A model generated the notes under the pieces. The model had not been told where the DNA came from. It did no database searches and saw nothing but the letters and a program-made list of their open reading frames with translations. From Candidatus Omnitrophota bacterium (GTDB lineage Bacteria; Omnitrophota; Gorgyraeia; 2-01-FULL-45-10), in contig PLNN01000017.1 in NCBI GenBank assembly GCA_003142795.1, positions 512-64,511 of the forward strand: DNA of 64,000 nucleotides, read 5' to 3'. Both the position numbers and the translations under genes were made by a program. Below, piece after piece: positions 10,301 to 19,729 of the stretch (position 1 is its first letter; each line of letters opens with the position of its first letter).

Positions 10301-11352
10301 ATGTCACCTCGGGTTATTATAGCGCCATTTCTTCTATTTCTTTTCAGCGTTTTACCAATGACGCTATCAATCTCGACCGGATGTATGAAATCACAATGAA
10401 TCCCGATATTGCGCAAGGCTATCAGATCATCGGCATTTACAATCTGCCCCTTAGAAAGATCTTTCTTCGCGTAGAGACAGCGCTTATAAAAATAGAGCTC
10501 TTTTTCACAATCAAAAATCCTTCTCTTGCGAAATATATGTAATGCGCTTTCTGCCTGACGTATGGCCGTCACCATGCAACGAAACTCATCCGGCTCGAGG
10601 GCATAGATATGATCCGGCCCCGGAAGTTTTTTGCTTAATGTGATATGTTTTTCGATGACTCTTGCGCCTAGCGCCACTGATACTGTAGGGGCGATGATCG
10701 GATCAGCGGTATGGTCGGAATATCCAACGTTTATATTATACCGTGCACGAAAATATGGTATAACGCTCAGAAACGTTTCTTTGATCGGCGCAGGATATTT
10801 TGCGATACAATGCATAAGAACCGTTTTTTCTTCATAACCAAGGAGTATCTTGGTTATCATCATATCAATTTCTTCTTCAGTGCTTCCGCCTGTCGAAATA
10901 AAGAGTGGTTTTCCTGTTTTTTTCACTTCTTCTATAAGCTCCGAAAACATAGACTCGTAAGAAGCTATCTTAAACACATTGACATAAGGATTAATTACCT
11001 TTACGGCCTTCACGTCAAAAGGGGTTGCCATAAATTCTATGCCGCTTTTTTTCGCATATCTATAAAGTTCATCGATCCATTCGTAAGGAACCTCGTTTCT
11101 CTCGATTATGCTATAGAGACTATCGTTGATTCCCATATTTTTTAAATATCGTACCTTTATATGCTTATCCGGATACATAGTCTTCGCGCGGAATATCTGG
11201 AATTTTACCGCATCCGCCCCGGCATCGCGGGCAATGTCAATTAATTGCTTCGCCTGTCGCAAGGAGCCGTTATGATTTGAGCCCACCTCGGCTATTATAA
11301 AACACGGGGACTCATCACTTATTATCTTCCTACCAACGCGTATCTTATGCAT
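10297..11352 (-). CDS. NeuB/PseI-family nonulosonate synthase with C-terminal SAF domain (probable pseudaminic-type synthase)
   Basis: AEVGSNHNG, KFQ, KIAS, HCIAKYP, GYSDHT, EKHITL; SAF tail; downstream of pseBCG. Confidence 0.88.
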   Translation of the reverse strand: MHKIRVGRKIISDESPCFIIAEVGSNHNGSLRQAKQLIDIARDAGADAVKFQIFRAKTMYPDKHIKVRYLKNMGINDSLYSIIERNEVPYEWIDELYRYAKKSGIEFMATPFDVKAVKVINPYVNVFKIASYESMFSELIEEVKKTGKPLFISTGGSTEEEIDMMITKILLGYEEKTVLMHCIAKYPAPIKETFLSVIPYFRARYNINVGYSDHTADPIIAPTVSVALGARVIEKHITLSKKLPGPDHIYALEPDEFRCMVTAIRQAESALHIFRKRRIFDCEKELYFYKRCLYAKKDLSKGQIVNADDLIALRNIGIHCDFIHPVEIDSVIGKTLKRNRRNGAIITRGDI

Positions 11353-11384
11353 ACCGCATGGTCCTATGCTCGTTTATTCTCATT

Positions 11385-12407
11385 TTAAAATCTCCTTCTA
11401 TATATATATGCTAATATTTTTTTTACAGCCCTATGAACGCCGCGGCCATCGACTATTTTTTTTCCTCTCCGGCACCTCTCCGATCGCAGCTTCTTATCAA
11501 AGATGACAAGATCTAATTTCGCCTTCAACTTTTTCATGATTTTGTCGTTACTGCCTCTATCGCCTTTATAGCACCCCACATGCTCGATAACGCCGGCGCG
11601 CGAGAGAGCCCTGGAATGCCGCATTTGATTCTCTGCAACGGTTATGACTATAGAAGGAACTCCCATTCTGGCAAGCTCGTACAATGTCTGGCCACCTGCC
11701 GAGATCGTAATATCGGACTTGATCATTAGTTCTTTCATGGTATCGGCGTTCGGATCATAGATAAACCTTGTATTCTCGTCTCCACAGTTTTTTAATTTAT
11801 TTGCGTACTTAAAACCCCTGCTTATAACGACATCTTTGTTCAGGCCGGGATACTTATGAGCAAGTAATTTCAAAACTTTCGGCGTCACATTCATTGGATC
11901 GCAACCACCAAAAGTCACAAGCACGGTCTTGACATGTTTACGTATACGCTTCCGGGGAGCATCTAAAAACTCTTTTCTTAAGGGCGCATATCTGCTGCCA
12001 AGCAAATAAAAAACTCCATCTCTTTCTGGATACTCAATCTTTTCTGCGTAAGCAGCGCTATTTATCACGACGCCGGGAGGGTAATTTATACGCATATTAT
12101 CATCTATATAGACCGGCAGCTTCGCTATAATAGATATTTTCTTATAAAAATTAAGGTCAGCGAGATAAGAATCCACAAGGATAATGTCCATTTCTCGCGC
12201 GGTTTTCAATACTTCCGTCCTTGCCTTTAACCAGTTCAGTATCTTATACCGCTTTGATCTTAACATTCCTTTTACGCTGTCATCACCGCACACAATGATA
12301 TCTGGCTTTATACCCTTTTCTTCAAAGGCATGATAAAAAGCAAGGCATCTGGTGATATGCCCATATCCAATACTTTTCCCGCCTTCTGTTAATATCAATG
12401 CTTTCAT
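11385..12407 (-). CDS. pseG: UDP-2,4-diacetamido-2,4,6-trideoxy-altropyranose hydrolase (PseG/SpsG family)
   Basis: GGKSIGYGHITRC, VDSY, FGGCD, SAGGQTLYE, AENQ; start set at ATG 12407 (12461 also possible). Confidence 0.82.
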   Translation of the reverse strand: MKALILTEGGKSIGYGHITRCLAFYHAFEEKGIKPDIIVCGDDSVKGMLRSKRYKILNWLKARTEVLKTAREMDIILVDSYLADLNFYKKISIIAKLPVYIDDNMRINYPPGVVINSAAYAEKIEYPERDGVFYLLGSRYAPLRKEFLDAPRKRIRKHVKTVLVTFGGCDPMNVTPKVLKLLAHKYPGLNKDVVISRGFKYANKLKNCGDENTRFIYDPNADTMKELMIKSDITISAGGQTLYELARMGVPSIVITVAENQMRHSRALSRAGVIEHVGCYKGDRGSNDKIMKKLKAKLDLVIFDKKLRSERCRRGKKIVDGRGVHRAVKKILAYIYRRRF

Positions 12408-12454
12408 TTTATCTCTTATTTTTATCGATCTACACAATGTCGGAAGAACCGGCT

Positions 12455-13615
12455 TCACCATCCGGCCCCGAAGAAACCGGCTATTTTTTTCACAACATAA
12501 TCTATTTCCCTCTCTCGTATCGCGGGATACATAGGAATGCTGATCTCGCCTCCATAAAATTCTTCCGCTTTCCGGCAAAGCCCTTTAGCATATCCGAGCT
12601 GTTTATAGTATGGCTGGAGATAGACCGGGATGTAATGCACTTGAGCGCCTATACCAGAAGCCCGCAAAATATTAAAAAGAGGGGTCCTGTCCTTCGGATC
12701 CCTCGTTCTTATGCAATAAATATGATATGATGAACTAACATACGACCGCTCGACGGGCAATAGTATATCTTCGATGCCGCATAATTTTTTATTATACGTC
12801 TCGGCGATCTGGCGTCTTCTTATAACAAAAGTATTTAACTTTTTCAGCTGACTTAAGCCCAGCGCGCTCTGGATATCTGTTATACGATAATTAAAGCCTA
12901 AGCACTGCATTTCGTAGTACCAAGAGCCGGTTAAGCGCTGATCCTGGCACACGAAACGCAATCTATCCCTGCTTATCCCGTGGCTCCGCAGCATTAAAAG
13001 CTTTTCGTAAAGATCTTTTTTGTTCGTCAACACAGCCCCGCCCTCGCCCGTAGTGATACTTTTAACGGGATGAAAACTGAATATCGTCATATCGGAATAT
13101 TTGCAGGCGCCTATCTTTGAACCCTTATATTCTGCGCCCACGGCATGTGCGGCATCTTCAATAACGACAAGACCGTTTCGATCAGCTATGGCGCTTATCT
13201 CTTCCATATCGCACGGATGACCGGCAAAATGGACCGGAATGAGCGCTTTTGTCTTCTTGTGTATCTTGGTTTTTATCTCTTTAGGGTCTATGTTGATCGT
13301 GTCATGCTGCACATCGGCAAAAACCGGCCTTCCGCCGCAATATAAAACGCTATTTGCCGAAGCAAGAAACGTTATCGGAGAAGTGATAACTTCATCGCGC
13401 GCTTTTATACCGGCAGCCAAACATGCAATATGCAAAGCGGCCGTTCCGCTCGATACGGCCACGGCATATTTCGCGCCGGTATACCTGCAAAGGGCGTTTT
13501 CGAATACGTCCACATTCGGCCCCTGCGTGATATAATCCGATCTTAAAACTCTGACAACAGCATCAATGTCGTCTTGATCGATATATTGATGGCTATACGG
13601 GATAAATCTATTCAA
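12455..13615 (-). CDS. pseC: UDP-4-amino-4,6-dideoxy-N-acetyl-L-altrosamine transaminase
   Basis: IPYSHQYID, SSGTAALH, EDAAHA, SFHPVKSITTGEGG (PLP Lys), GFNYRITD; follows pseB. Confidence 0.92.
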   Translation of the reverse strand: MNRFIPYSHQYIDQDDIDAVVRVLRSDYITQGPNVDVFENALCRYTGAKYAVAVSSGTAALHIACLAAGIKARDEVITSPITFLASANSVLYCGGRPVFADVQHDTINIDPKEIKTKIHKKTKALIPVHFAGHPCDMEEISAIADRNGLVVIEDAAHAVGAEYKGSKIGACKYSDMTIFSFHPVKSITTGEGGAVLTNKKDLYEKLLMLRSHGISRDRLRFVCQDQRLTGSWYYEMQCLGFNYRITDIQSALGLSQLKKLNTFVIRRRQIAETYNKKLCGIEDILLPVERSYVSSSYHIYCIRTRDPKDRTPLFNILRASGIGAQVHYIPVYLQPYYKQLGYAKGLCRKAEEFYGGEISIPMYPAIREREIDYVVKKIAGFFGAGW

Positions 13616-14606
13616 TTCTTGTCCTTTCTATCATCCTTTTAATCTCAGGAACGCTCAACCATTGCTCATTCTTATCGCTACTGTATACGAATCCCTCGGG
13701 CGGGATCTTATATTTGTAATATTTACCATGGACATGCTTGCCCTCAAAGAATTCCGCAAGAATAACATACGCGCCTTTGAACATTCTTGTTTTGCGCGCC
13801 TCATCCTCCGATATTAGGGTTTCGTGCATCTTCTCTCCGGGGCGTATCCCTATTATTTTGAATCTGCACCGCGGCTCAATCGCCCTGGCCAGATCCGTTA
13901 TTTTCATCGACGGTATCTTCGGGATAAAGACCTCTCCGCCCACGGATTCCTTCAGGGCCTTCATGACTAAATTCACCCCCTGCTCCAGAGTTATCCAGAA
14001 ACGCGTCATGCGTTCATCGGTTATAGAAAACTCCAGATTCTTCTGCCTTTTACATTCGAGGAATAGGGGTATGACGCTTCCTCTTGAGCCGACAACGTTC
14101 CCGTATCTTACAGCTGAAAATTTGACACGACCGCCCGCATAAGCGTTTGCGGCTATGAATATCTTTTCGGCAGCTAATTTTGTGGCACCATACAGGTTGA
14201 TGGGACTGACGGCTTTATCGCTCGATAACGCAACTACTTTCTTAACGCCTCTATCTATGGCGGCATCTACTATATTATCCGCTCCAAGGATATTGGTTTT
14301 CACAGCTTCAACTGGATTATATTCGAGGGCTGGTACCTGTTTCAATGCCGCCGCATGGACCACATAATCTACGCTTTCAAATGCCCTGTAGAGACGACTC
14401 TTATCCCGTATGTCTCCCAGGAAATATCGTATCGGATATTTAGATACCGGGAATATCTTCGCCATCTCGTGTTGCTTGAACTCATCGCGGCTTAATATGA
14501 TAACCTTTTTGGGGTGACATCTTTTGAAAACCATCTCTGTAAATTTTTTCCCGAATGAACCCGTTCCGCCAGTTATAAGAATTACTTTATTATTAAGCAT
14601 ATCCAC
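13608..14606 (-). CDS. pseB: UDP-GlcNAc 4,6-dehydratase (inverting)
   Basis: GGTGSFG, SRDEFKQ, HAAALKQVP, YGATK, RYGNVVGSRGSV, MTRFWI, GIRPGEKMHE. Confidence 0.95.
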   Translation of the reverse strand: MDMLNNKVILITGGTGSFGKKFTEMVFKRCHPKKVIILSRDEFKQHEMAKIFPVSKYPIRYFLGDIRDKSRLYRAFESVDYVVHAAALKQVPALEYNPVEAVKTNILGADNIVDAAIDRGVKKVVALSSDKAVSPINLYGATKLAAEKIFIAANAYAGGRVKFSAVRYGNVVGSRGSVIPLFLECKRQKNLEFSITDERMTRFWITLEQGVNLVMKALKESVGGEVFIPKIPSMKITDLARAIEPRCRFKIIGIRPGEKMHETLISEDEARKTRMFKGAYVILAEFFEGKHVHGKYYKYKIPPEGFVYSSDKNEQWLSVPEIKRMIERTRIE

Positions 14607-14619
14607 ACGTACCTCCCTT

Positions 14620-16410
14620 TTAATTATGCGGTGCCCCTGATCCGCTTCCTGTCAATACAGCTCGGAGCACGTCAATACCCCGATCGTCCGGATACTCATC
14701 AATCCTTCTTATAAGATCCTTCGGTATTTCACTCAGGACAGACATTTCGCCGTTCGATATGTCCCGTATCATCTTCAGCAGCTTATCACTCTCTTTAAAT
14801 ACCGCCTTATCTTTAAGTATCCTTGAAAAAGGATGATCAAGTTCGGCTTCATCCAGATAAAGCCCCTCGATTCCGCATATAATAGCTATAGTGGCCGAAC
14901 TGGTCATAGACTCTGTAACGACTATATCCGAAACGCCAATACATTCGATAAATGACCACTTTTTTTCGTCAATTATATGAGCGTTGCCTAGTTCTTCTAT
15001 ACGCTTTTTTATCTCAAGGAATCTATCCCTCAACTCGCGCGGAAGCTCGTGATATCGAGAAAGCTCTTTGGACTTCATGATCACGGTCAGCTTCGGCTCT
15101 TTCACAGCAAGCTCAAGCGCAGTTTTCCAAAAATTAACATAATGCTCCGCCTTAAGAACGCTTCCTCCGCCAAAACTTTCGTCAAAAAAAGTTACAACTT
15201 TTCCCACAGAATGTATCCCCATTTCCGAAAGTATATAGCTTCGCCTGAATTTGACGTTATTGATGAAGCGCTTAAAAATATAACCACTATGAATAAAAAT
15301 ATCCGACGCCTCTCTGCCGGTGAGTGCGTTGGCCGCGCCCCATGCAAAATATTTATCACAACCCAAGAAAGAAATACTATACTTTATAGAATCCGAAGAC
15401 ATATCAGACCCGTATGCCAGGTAGTATCTGGTTTTCATGTTTTGACAAACTATAGCTTCCGGAATGTGACGAGAGGAATAAAAACTATATCCTAACTCAG
15501 CCCCTATTTCGTAATTGGAAAATATCTTTTCGTATGGCAATGCATAAGAGATAAAATATCTTGAGATCCTTGAAAATAGGGAGAAGTTGGCAGAGCTTAT
15601 CTCGGCCGATAACGAACCCATCCCGCCCACCAGATAAAGAGGGATCACCCTGAAAAAGAAAGTGGCGAAACTTATTTTTAGAGATGGCAGGTAAAAAGTG
15701 TTAAACCGCAACATTTTTGCTTGCTGGTATGCCTTGTTCCGTTGTTCACATTGTTTAATATCTTTCCGCGAAAATAATAATAGGTCGTCTTTCTTTATGC
15801 TCTTTTCATCAACTAAAAAATCATCATGGAAATAATATCCTCCCGTAGGATAAAAGCCCCAGACCAATTCGCGCATAACCTTATATTTTTTCTTTGCCCT
15901 AAAAATAGCAATACCGCTATTCAGGCTAAAATACAGAACAAACAGGGCTTGAAAGAAAATCACAAAAATACATGATATCGTGTTCCTTCGCCTGACCCAT
16001 TTAATTTTCGGGATAATCTTGAATCTTGAAGAGAATTTTTCGAAAGCATATCTATTGATAGGATTATCATCCAGAACAAGCCGCCCGCTCTTAATTAAGT
16101 CATCTCTCGAAAAGCTATCCATGGCATTCAATAGGTCTATCATGTATTCGCAGATCCATTTTTTTAATAGACTATCAAATCGTTTCGTTTTAAAAACGGA
16201 ATTCATGCCTTTAATAAAAGCGGAGTCGCACAGTCTATTTTCTTGAACGAACGCTTCCACTAGACCTACTATATCAGAGCGGATCCAGTCGAAATGTTCG
16301 CGCCCATTTTGCAAGGGAATATCGATATCTTTCTCGCAATGGAATGTGCGATCGCCTAATAATGCCTGACTTATATAATTTTTTATTAACTTTTTAATTG
16401 ACGTTTTCAT
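14620..16410 (-). CDS. Hypothetical polysaccharide-biosynthesis protein, probable GT-B-fold (ulosonate?) transferase
   Basis: 596-aa ORF with an AWG motif and a C-terminal SDIVVTESMTSSATIA segment resembling GT-B donor-binding domains; lies between two ulosonate modules. Confidence 0.45.
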   Translation of the reverse strand: MKTSIKKLIKNYISQALLGDRTFHCEKDIDIPLQNGREHFDWIRSDIVGLVEAFVQENRLCDSAFIKGMNSVFKTKRFDSLLKKWICEYMIDLLNAMDSFSRDDLIKSGRLVLDDNPINRYAFEKFSSRFKIIPKIKWVRRRNTISCIFVIFFQALFVLYFSLNSGIAIFRAKKKYKVMRELVWGFYPTGGYYFHDDFLVDEKSIKKDDLLLFSRKDIKQCEQRNKAYQQAKMLRFNTFYLPSLKISFATFFFRVIPLYLVGGMGSLSAEISSANFSLFSRISRYFISYALPYEKIFSNYEIGAELGYSFYSSRHIPEAIVCQNMKTRYYLAYGSDMSSDSIKYSISFLGCDKYFAWGAANALTGREASDIFIHSGYIFKRFINNVKFRRSYILSEMGIHSVGKVVTFFDESFGGGSVLKAEHYVNFWKTALELAVKEPKLTVIMKSKELSRYHELPRELRDRFLEIKKRIEELGNAHIIDEKKWSFIECIGVSDIVVTESMTSSATIAIICGIEGLYLDEAELDHPFSRILKDKAVFKESDKLLKMIRDISNGEMSVLSEIPKDLIRRIDEYPDDRGIDVLRAVLTGSGSGAPHN

Positions 16411-17608
16411 ATTGCCTTTTAGTAAGCGCTAAATTCTTGATACGATTTGAAAATATTTGCCAAAAAGGTAATTCTTCCGTATTGTCTTTTTTTATAAAAG
16501 CATTTTTATATGCTCTGTACGCCTTTTCATCTATCGTCATTTCTTTTTTAAAGTCTATTTCGAGCATTTCGTCGACATTTATTACGCCCTTCCCCAGGAA
16601 AGATGCCATTTGCCGTATCCACTCCCCCTGGAGGCTCCTTTGCAAGCTGTCCGTTGTAATGAATATCACCGGTTTTTTCTCTAATACCGCGTAATTGATA
16701 GACGTACTGCAATGGCCTATCACAAAAGACGCCCTTCTGATCAGCTCCATGGTCTTACCTTTAACGACGTGTCTTCCGCCAAAATAATCCGGATGATCTT
16801 CATATCGAGATCGCGGATAAGCAGCTATGGTTATATTCGTTCTATTCGCATCTTCCAAATGATCGAAAAACCTCCTTATAGGCGGATAATATTCCTCCGG
16901 CGTTGAAAACGGCGGCACTTTCATCATTGGATAGTGCGGATGAAAAGGAACATATTCATCTATGAAAACGCCCATCTTATTATCGATTTCTACGGTGTTT
17001 TTTATTTCCTCAAGATAAATGTCATAGTCTAGTGCGTGTATAAACAGCAATTCTGTCTGAGAACCAACCATATCTCTACGATCATTCGCGCGATATGCTC
17101 CTCCAATCAATACGAAACTTGCGGGATTTATGCCTAATATTTTATGGGGCACGCGGCAAAATAACGATTGTTTCAATGCTTCTATATCGCGCGTCTTTCT
17201 TAATATATTCAAAATGGCTTCCATAATAGAACCATTTTTCTTTATACTGAATGGTAACACGCTAGAGATGACACAATACATGATCTGCTTTTTGGAAATT
17301 GCCCGGAATAAAGAATATGAATTCACTCTATACTGTATGAGACATACCACCAGAACATCTTGTGTCAATTTGTAAATTTTTTCAAGCGCATCTTGCATTT
17401 TTTGAAATTCAAAATAGTGCTCATAGTAAACTATGTCGGCACCCTTCACATCCTCCACCACGCCTGGATACAAAAAAGGAGTGCAGTTCCACACCTCAAC
17501 CTCAAACCCGTTACTTCTTAAAACATCGATGCCAAACCTTTTATAATCCCGTTCATAAAATGACGTTTCAGTAATAAAAACTATTTTTTTGATTATACAT
17601 TTGTCCAT
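16394..17608 (-). CDS. Hypothetical protein resembling capsule (KpsS/KpsC-like) CMP-ulosonate transferases
   Basis: FHP, IAAYPRS (HP-like motif), GHCSTSINYAVLEKKPV similar to NST..EA...KPV of capsule-synthesis GTs. Confidence 0.5.
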   Translation of the reverse strand: MDKCIIKKIVFITETSFYERDYKRFGIDVLRSNGFEVEVWNCTPFLYPGVVEDVKGADIVYYEHYFEFQKMQDALEKIYKLTQDVLVVCLIQYRVNSYSLFRAISKKQIMYCVISSVLPFSIKKNGSIMEAILNILRKTRDIEALKQSLFCRVPHKILGINPASFVLIGGAYRANDRRDMVGSQTELLFIHALDYDIYLEEIKNTVEIDNKMGVFIDEYVPFHPHYPMMKVPPFSTPEEYYPPIRRFFDHLEDANRTNITIAAYPRSRYEDHPDYFGGRHVVKGKTMELIRRASFVIGHCSTSINYAVLEKKPVIFITTDSLQRSLQGEWIRQMASFLGKGVINVDEMLEIDFKKEMTIDEKAYRAYKNAFIKKDNTEELPFWQIFSNRIKNLALTKRQYENVN

Positions 17609-17620
17609 TTTAGAGAGGAC

Positions 17621-18616
17621 CTATCTTTTATACAAACCCAGATATGATAGAATTATCTTTGTCATGCACTTAAGTTTTTCTATTTTAAAACGATTGATCA
17701 TCGTACCATAGTGGCCATCGATCCGGGGGCATGACGATACATCAGAATGTGTAAAAGTTCCGAACATATGGACCTCTTGAGCTGCTCCGATCTTAATAGA
17801 CTTCAATCCAGCCTTTGCACAATAATATTCAAATGTTAACGGGGTAAAATAATAGACATGTGCATTTTGCAATTGACCTATGCCGAAGTTCATGATGTTC
17901 GGGACCCCTATATATAAAAGGCCTGATTTATCCAGGTGGCGGATGATTTTCTTTAATGATTCCACCGGATCGGGGAAATGCTCCAGCGCGTGATTAATGA
18001 TTATAATGTCATACAACCCTTTGATATCGTCGATACTGCCCTGCTTCATATTTAAGCCGTGTCGATTACCCATATTGACAAGGCTTTCGCTGTAATCTAT
18101 CCCGACAACGGCCGCGCCTGCGTTGGCGAATAACACAAGGTTCCACCCTCCGCCGGCGCCTACCTCCAGCACAGACACGGTAGGATCTACGGTCCTGATA
18201 CCGGAGATCTCGTCAAATATATGCCGGCTATGCCGTGGCTCATATCTATCTTCATAGGTTATCAGGTAGTCCTCGCCTTCATAACAGAGTCTGTACATAT
18301 CCGAAGAATAGAACTTAGCATACTCCTTATCAGTCATCCTGGGGTTAGACTGGATAAGTCCGCACCGGACGCACATAATGGTCTTCTGCCGCATTGAATG
18401 CCTGTCTACGCTTGCTATCAGATCGAACTCTAAAGAACCGCATAGACAATTGACCGATTCAAACTCTATAAGGCCCTGCTCGGCCTTACGGTTAAACTCA
18501 ACTACAAGCTCCGACTGTCTCGGTGAAAGTCTCATAAATGAGCTTTCGGGGTTATGAAAATACTTGAAAGGCAGCAAGGTTCGCCGTATCTTTATATTGT
18601 TTTTGCTATTTTTCAT
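17621..18616 (-). CDS. Class I SAM-dependent methyltransferase with Zn-ribbon-like N-terminus
   Basis: CLCGS...CVRCG, VLEVGAGGG, HALEH, GVPN. Confidence 0.85.
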   Translation of the reverse strand: MKNSKNNIKIRRTLLPFKYFHNPESSFMRLSPRQSELVVEFNRKAEQGLIEFESVNCLCGSLEFDLIASVDRHSMRQKTIMCVRCGLIQSNPRMTDKEYAKFYSSDMYRLCYEGEDYLITYEDRYEPRHSRHIFDEISGIRTVDPTVSVLEVGAGGGWNLVLFANAGAAVVGIDYSESLVNMGNRHGLNMKQGSIDDIKGLYDIIIINHALEHFPDPVESLKKIIRHLDKSGLLYIGVPNIMNFGIGQLQNAHVYYFTPLTFEYYCAKAGLKSIKIGAAQEVHMFGTFTHSDVSSCPRIDGHYGTMINRFKIEKLKCMTKIILSYLGLYKR

Positions 18617-19298
18617 TAATCCCAGTCCCGAGAACCATCAATTCAACAGACCATCTGAAGAATTTGACTTTTGTCATATTGGTAAGCCTCCGCGCATTAG
18701 GCACGGATAACACCATTTGAAGAAAATTTGAGAACATCTTCAAAGACGGATAATGCCATAAAATCGGCATCTGATAAAAAAACTCTGTCTTCACCTCAGA
18801 AAATCCATATATAGTCAATAAATCCGAAAGGGCCCTTATATTATACGGCCTGGAATGCGTAAAATCTTCGTAAAAGACCTTCATCTGACTGACCCAATCC
18901 GGAGTCAGAATAATAACTCTGCCTCCCGGCTTCAAAACTCTGCAGGTTTCTTTCATTAAATGATCCGGGTTGCTAAAATGCTCGAGTACGGATTTGTGGT
19001 AGACTACGTCAAAAGCACTATCATCATACGGAAGCTTATCTTCTGAGATATCCAGGCATACAACATTAAGATGAGGCATATTCTTGGTACAATGGTCACT
19101 CGCATCTACCCCGTAACAGCTAAGGCCCAAGTCATGAAATGCCTCTAGAAAATCTCCTCGCCCGCATCCGATTTCCAGCAGTTTTGAACTCCTGCTCATG
19201 TTAAATCGACTTACCAGGTATGAGGCCAATTTAAAAGGATAGTTGCTTTTTGGCGCTCTATTTCGGTCATATACAACGGATACGTAATCTTTTTTCAT
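18606..19298 (-). CDS. Class I SAM-dependent methyltransferase (Methyltransf_11-like)
   Basis: LLEIGCGRG, LPYDDSAFDVV, VLEH, RVLKPGG. Confidence 0.88.
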   Translation of the reverse strand: MKKDYVSVVYDRNRAPKSNYPFKLASYLVSRFNMSRSSKLLEIGCGRGDFLEAFHDLGLSCYGVDASDHCTKNMPHLNVVCLDISEDKLPYDDSAFDVVYHKSVLEHFSNPDHLMKETCRVLKPGGRVIILTPDWVSQMKVFYEDFTHSRPYNIRALSDLLTIYGFSEVKTEFFYQMPILWHYPSLKMFSNFLQMVLSVPNARRLTNMTKVKFFRWSVELMVLGTGINEK

Positions 19299-19729
19299 CT
19301 TCCCTCAGTCACTTCAACGAGTTCTATAAAAACTCCGTCCGGGTCCATGCAAAACGCTATCTTAGCGTATCCATCCGGAGATAACTTCGGCGATGAAACG
19401 AAATCAACGCCTTCCCCCAGAAGCCTCTTATACTCTTTCTCTATATCATCCACGGTAAAAGCTATGTGCGATAGCCCAATGTCATGCAGCTTTTTTTCGA
19501 CTCCCCGATTGGGATGAGAATGAAAATATAAAAGCTCAATAAGATTACCGTTATCCGTGGCCATCTTTACCGTTGTAAGCCTGGAATCCCGTAGACCACA
19601 CACCTTGTCGATATAGCCACTCGATTCGTCTGAACGCTTGGCTATCTTTAAGCCGAGAAGTTCTCCGTAAAAATATACAGCTTTTTCCAGATCCGATACC
19701 ACTATCCCGGCGTGACGCATGGCTTTCAT
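19295..19729 (-). CDS. VOC (glyoxalase / methylmalonyl-CoA epimerase-like) family protein
   Basis: HAGIVVSDLE, IELL, HIAFTVDD, DPDGVFIEL; His/Glu metal ligands present. Confidence 0.9.
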   Translation of the reverse strand: MKAMRHAGIVVSDLEKAVYFYGELLGLKIAKRSDESSGYIDKVCGLRDSRLTTVKMATDNGNLIELLYFHSHPNRGVEKKLHDIGLSHIAFTVDDIEKEYKRLLGEGVDFVSSPKLSPDGYAKIAFCMDPDGVFIELVEVTEGR

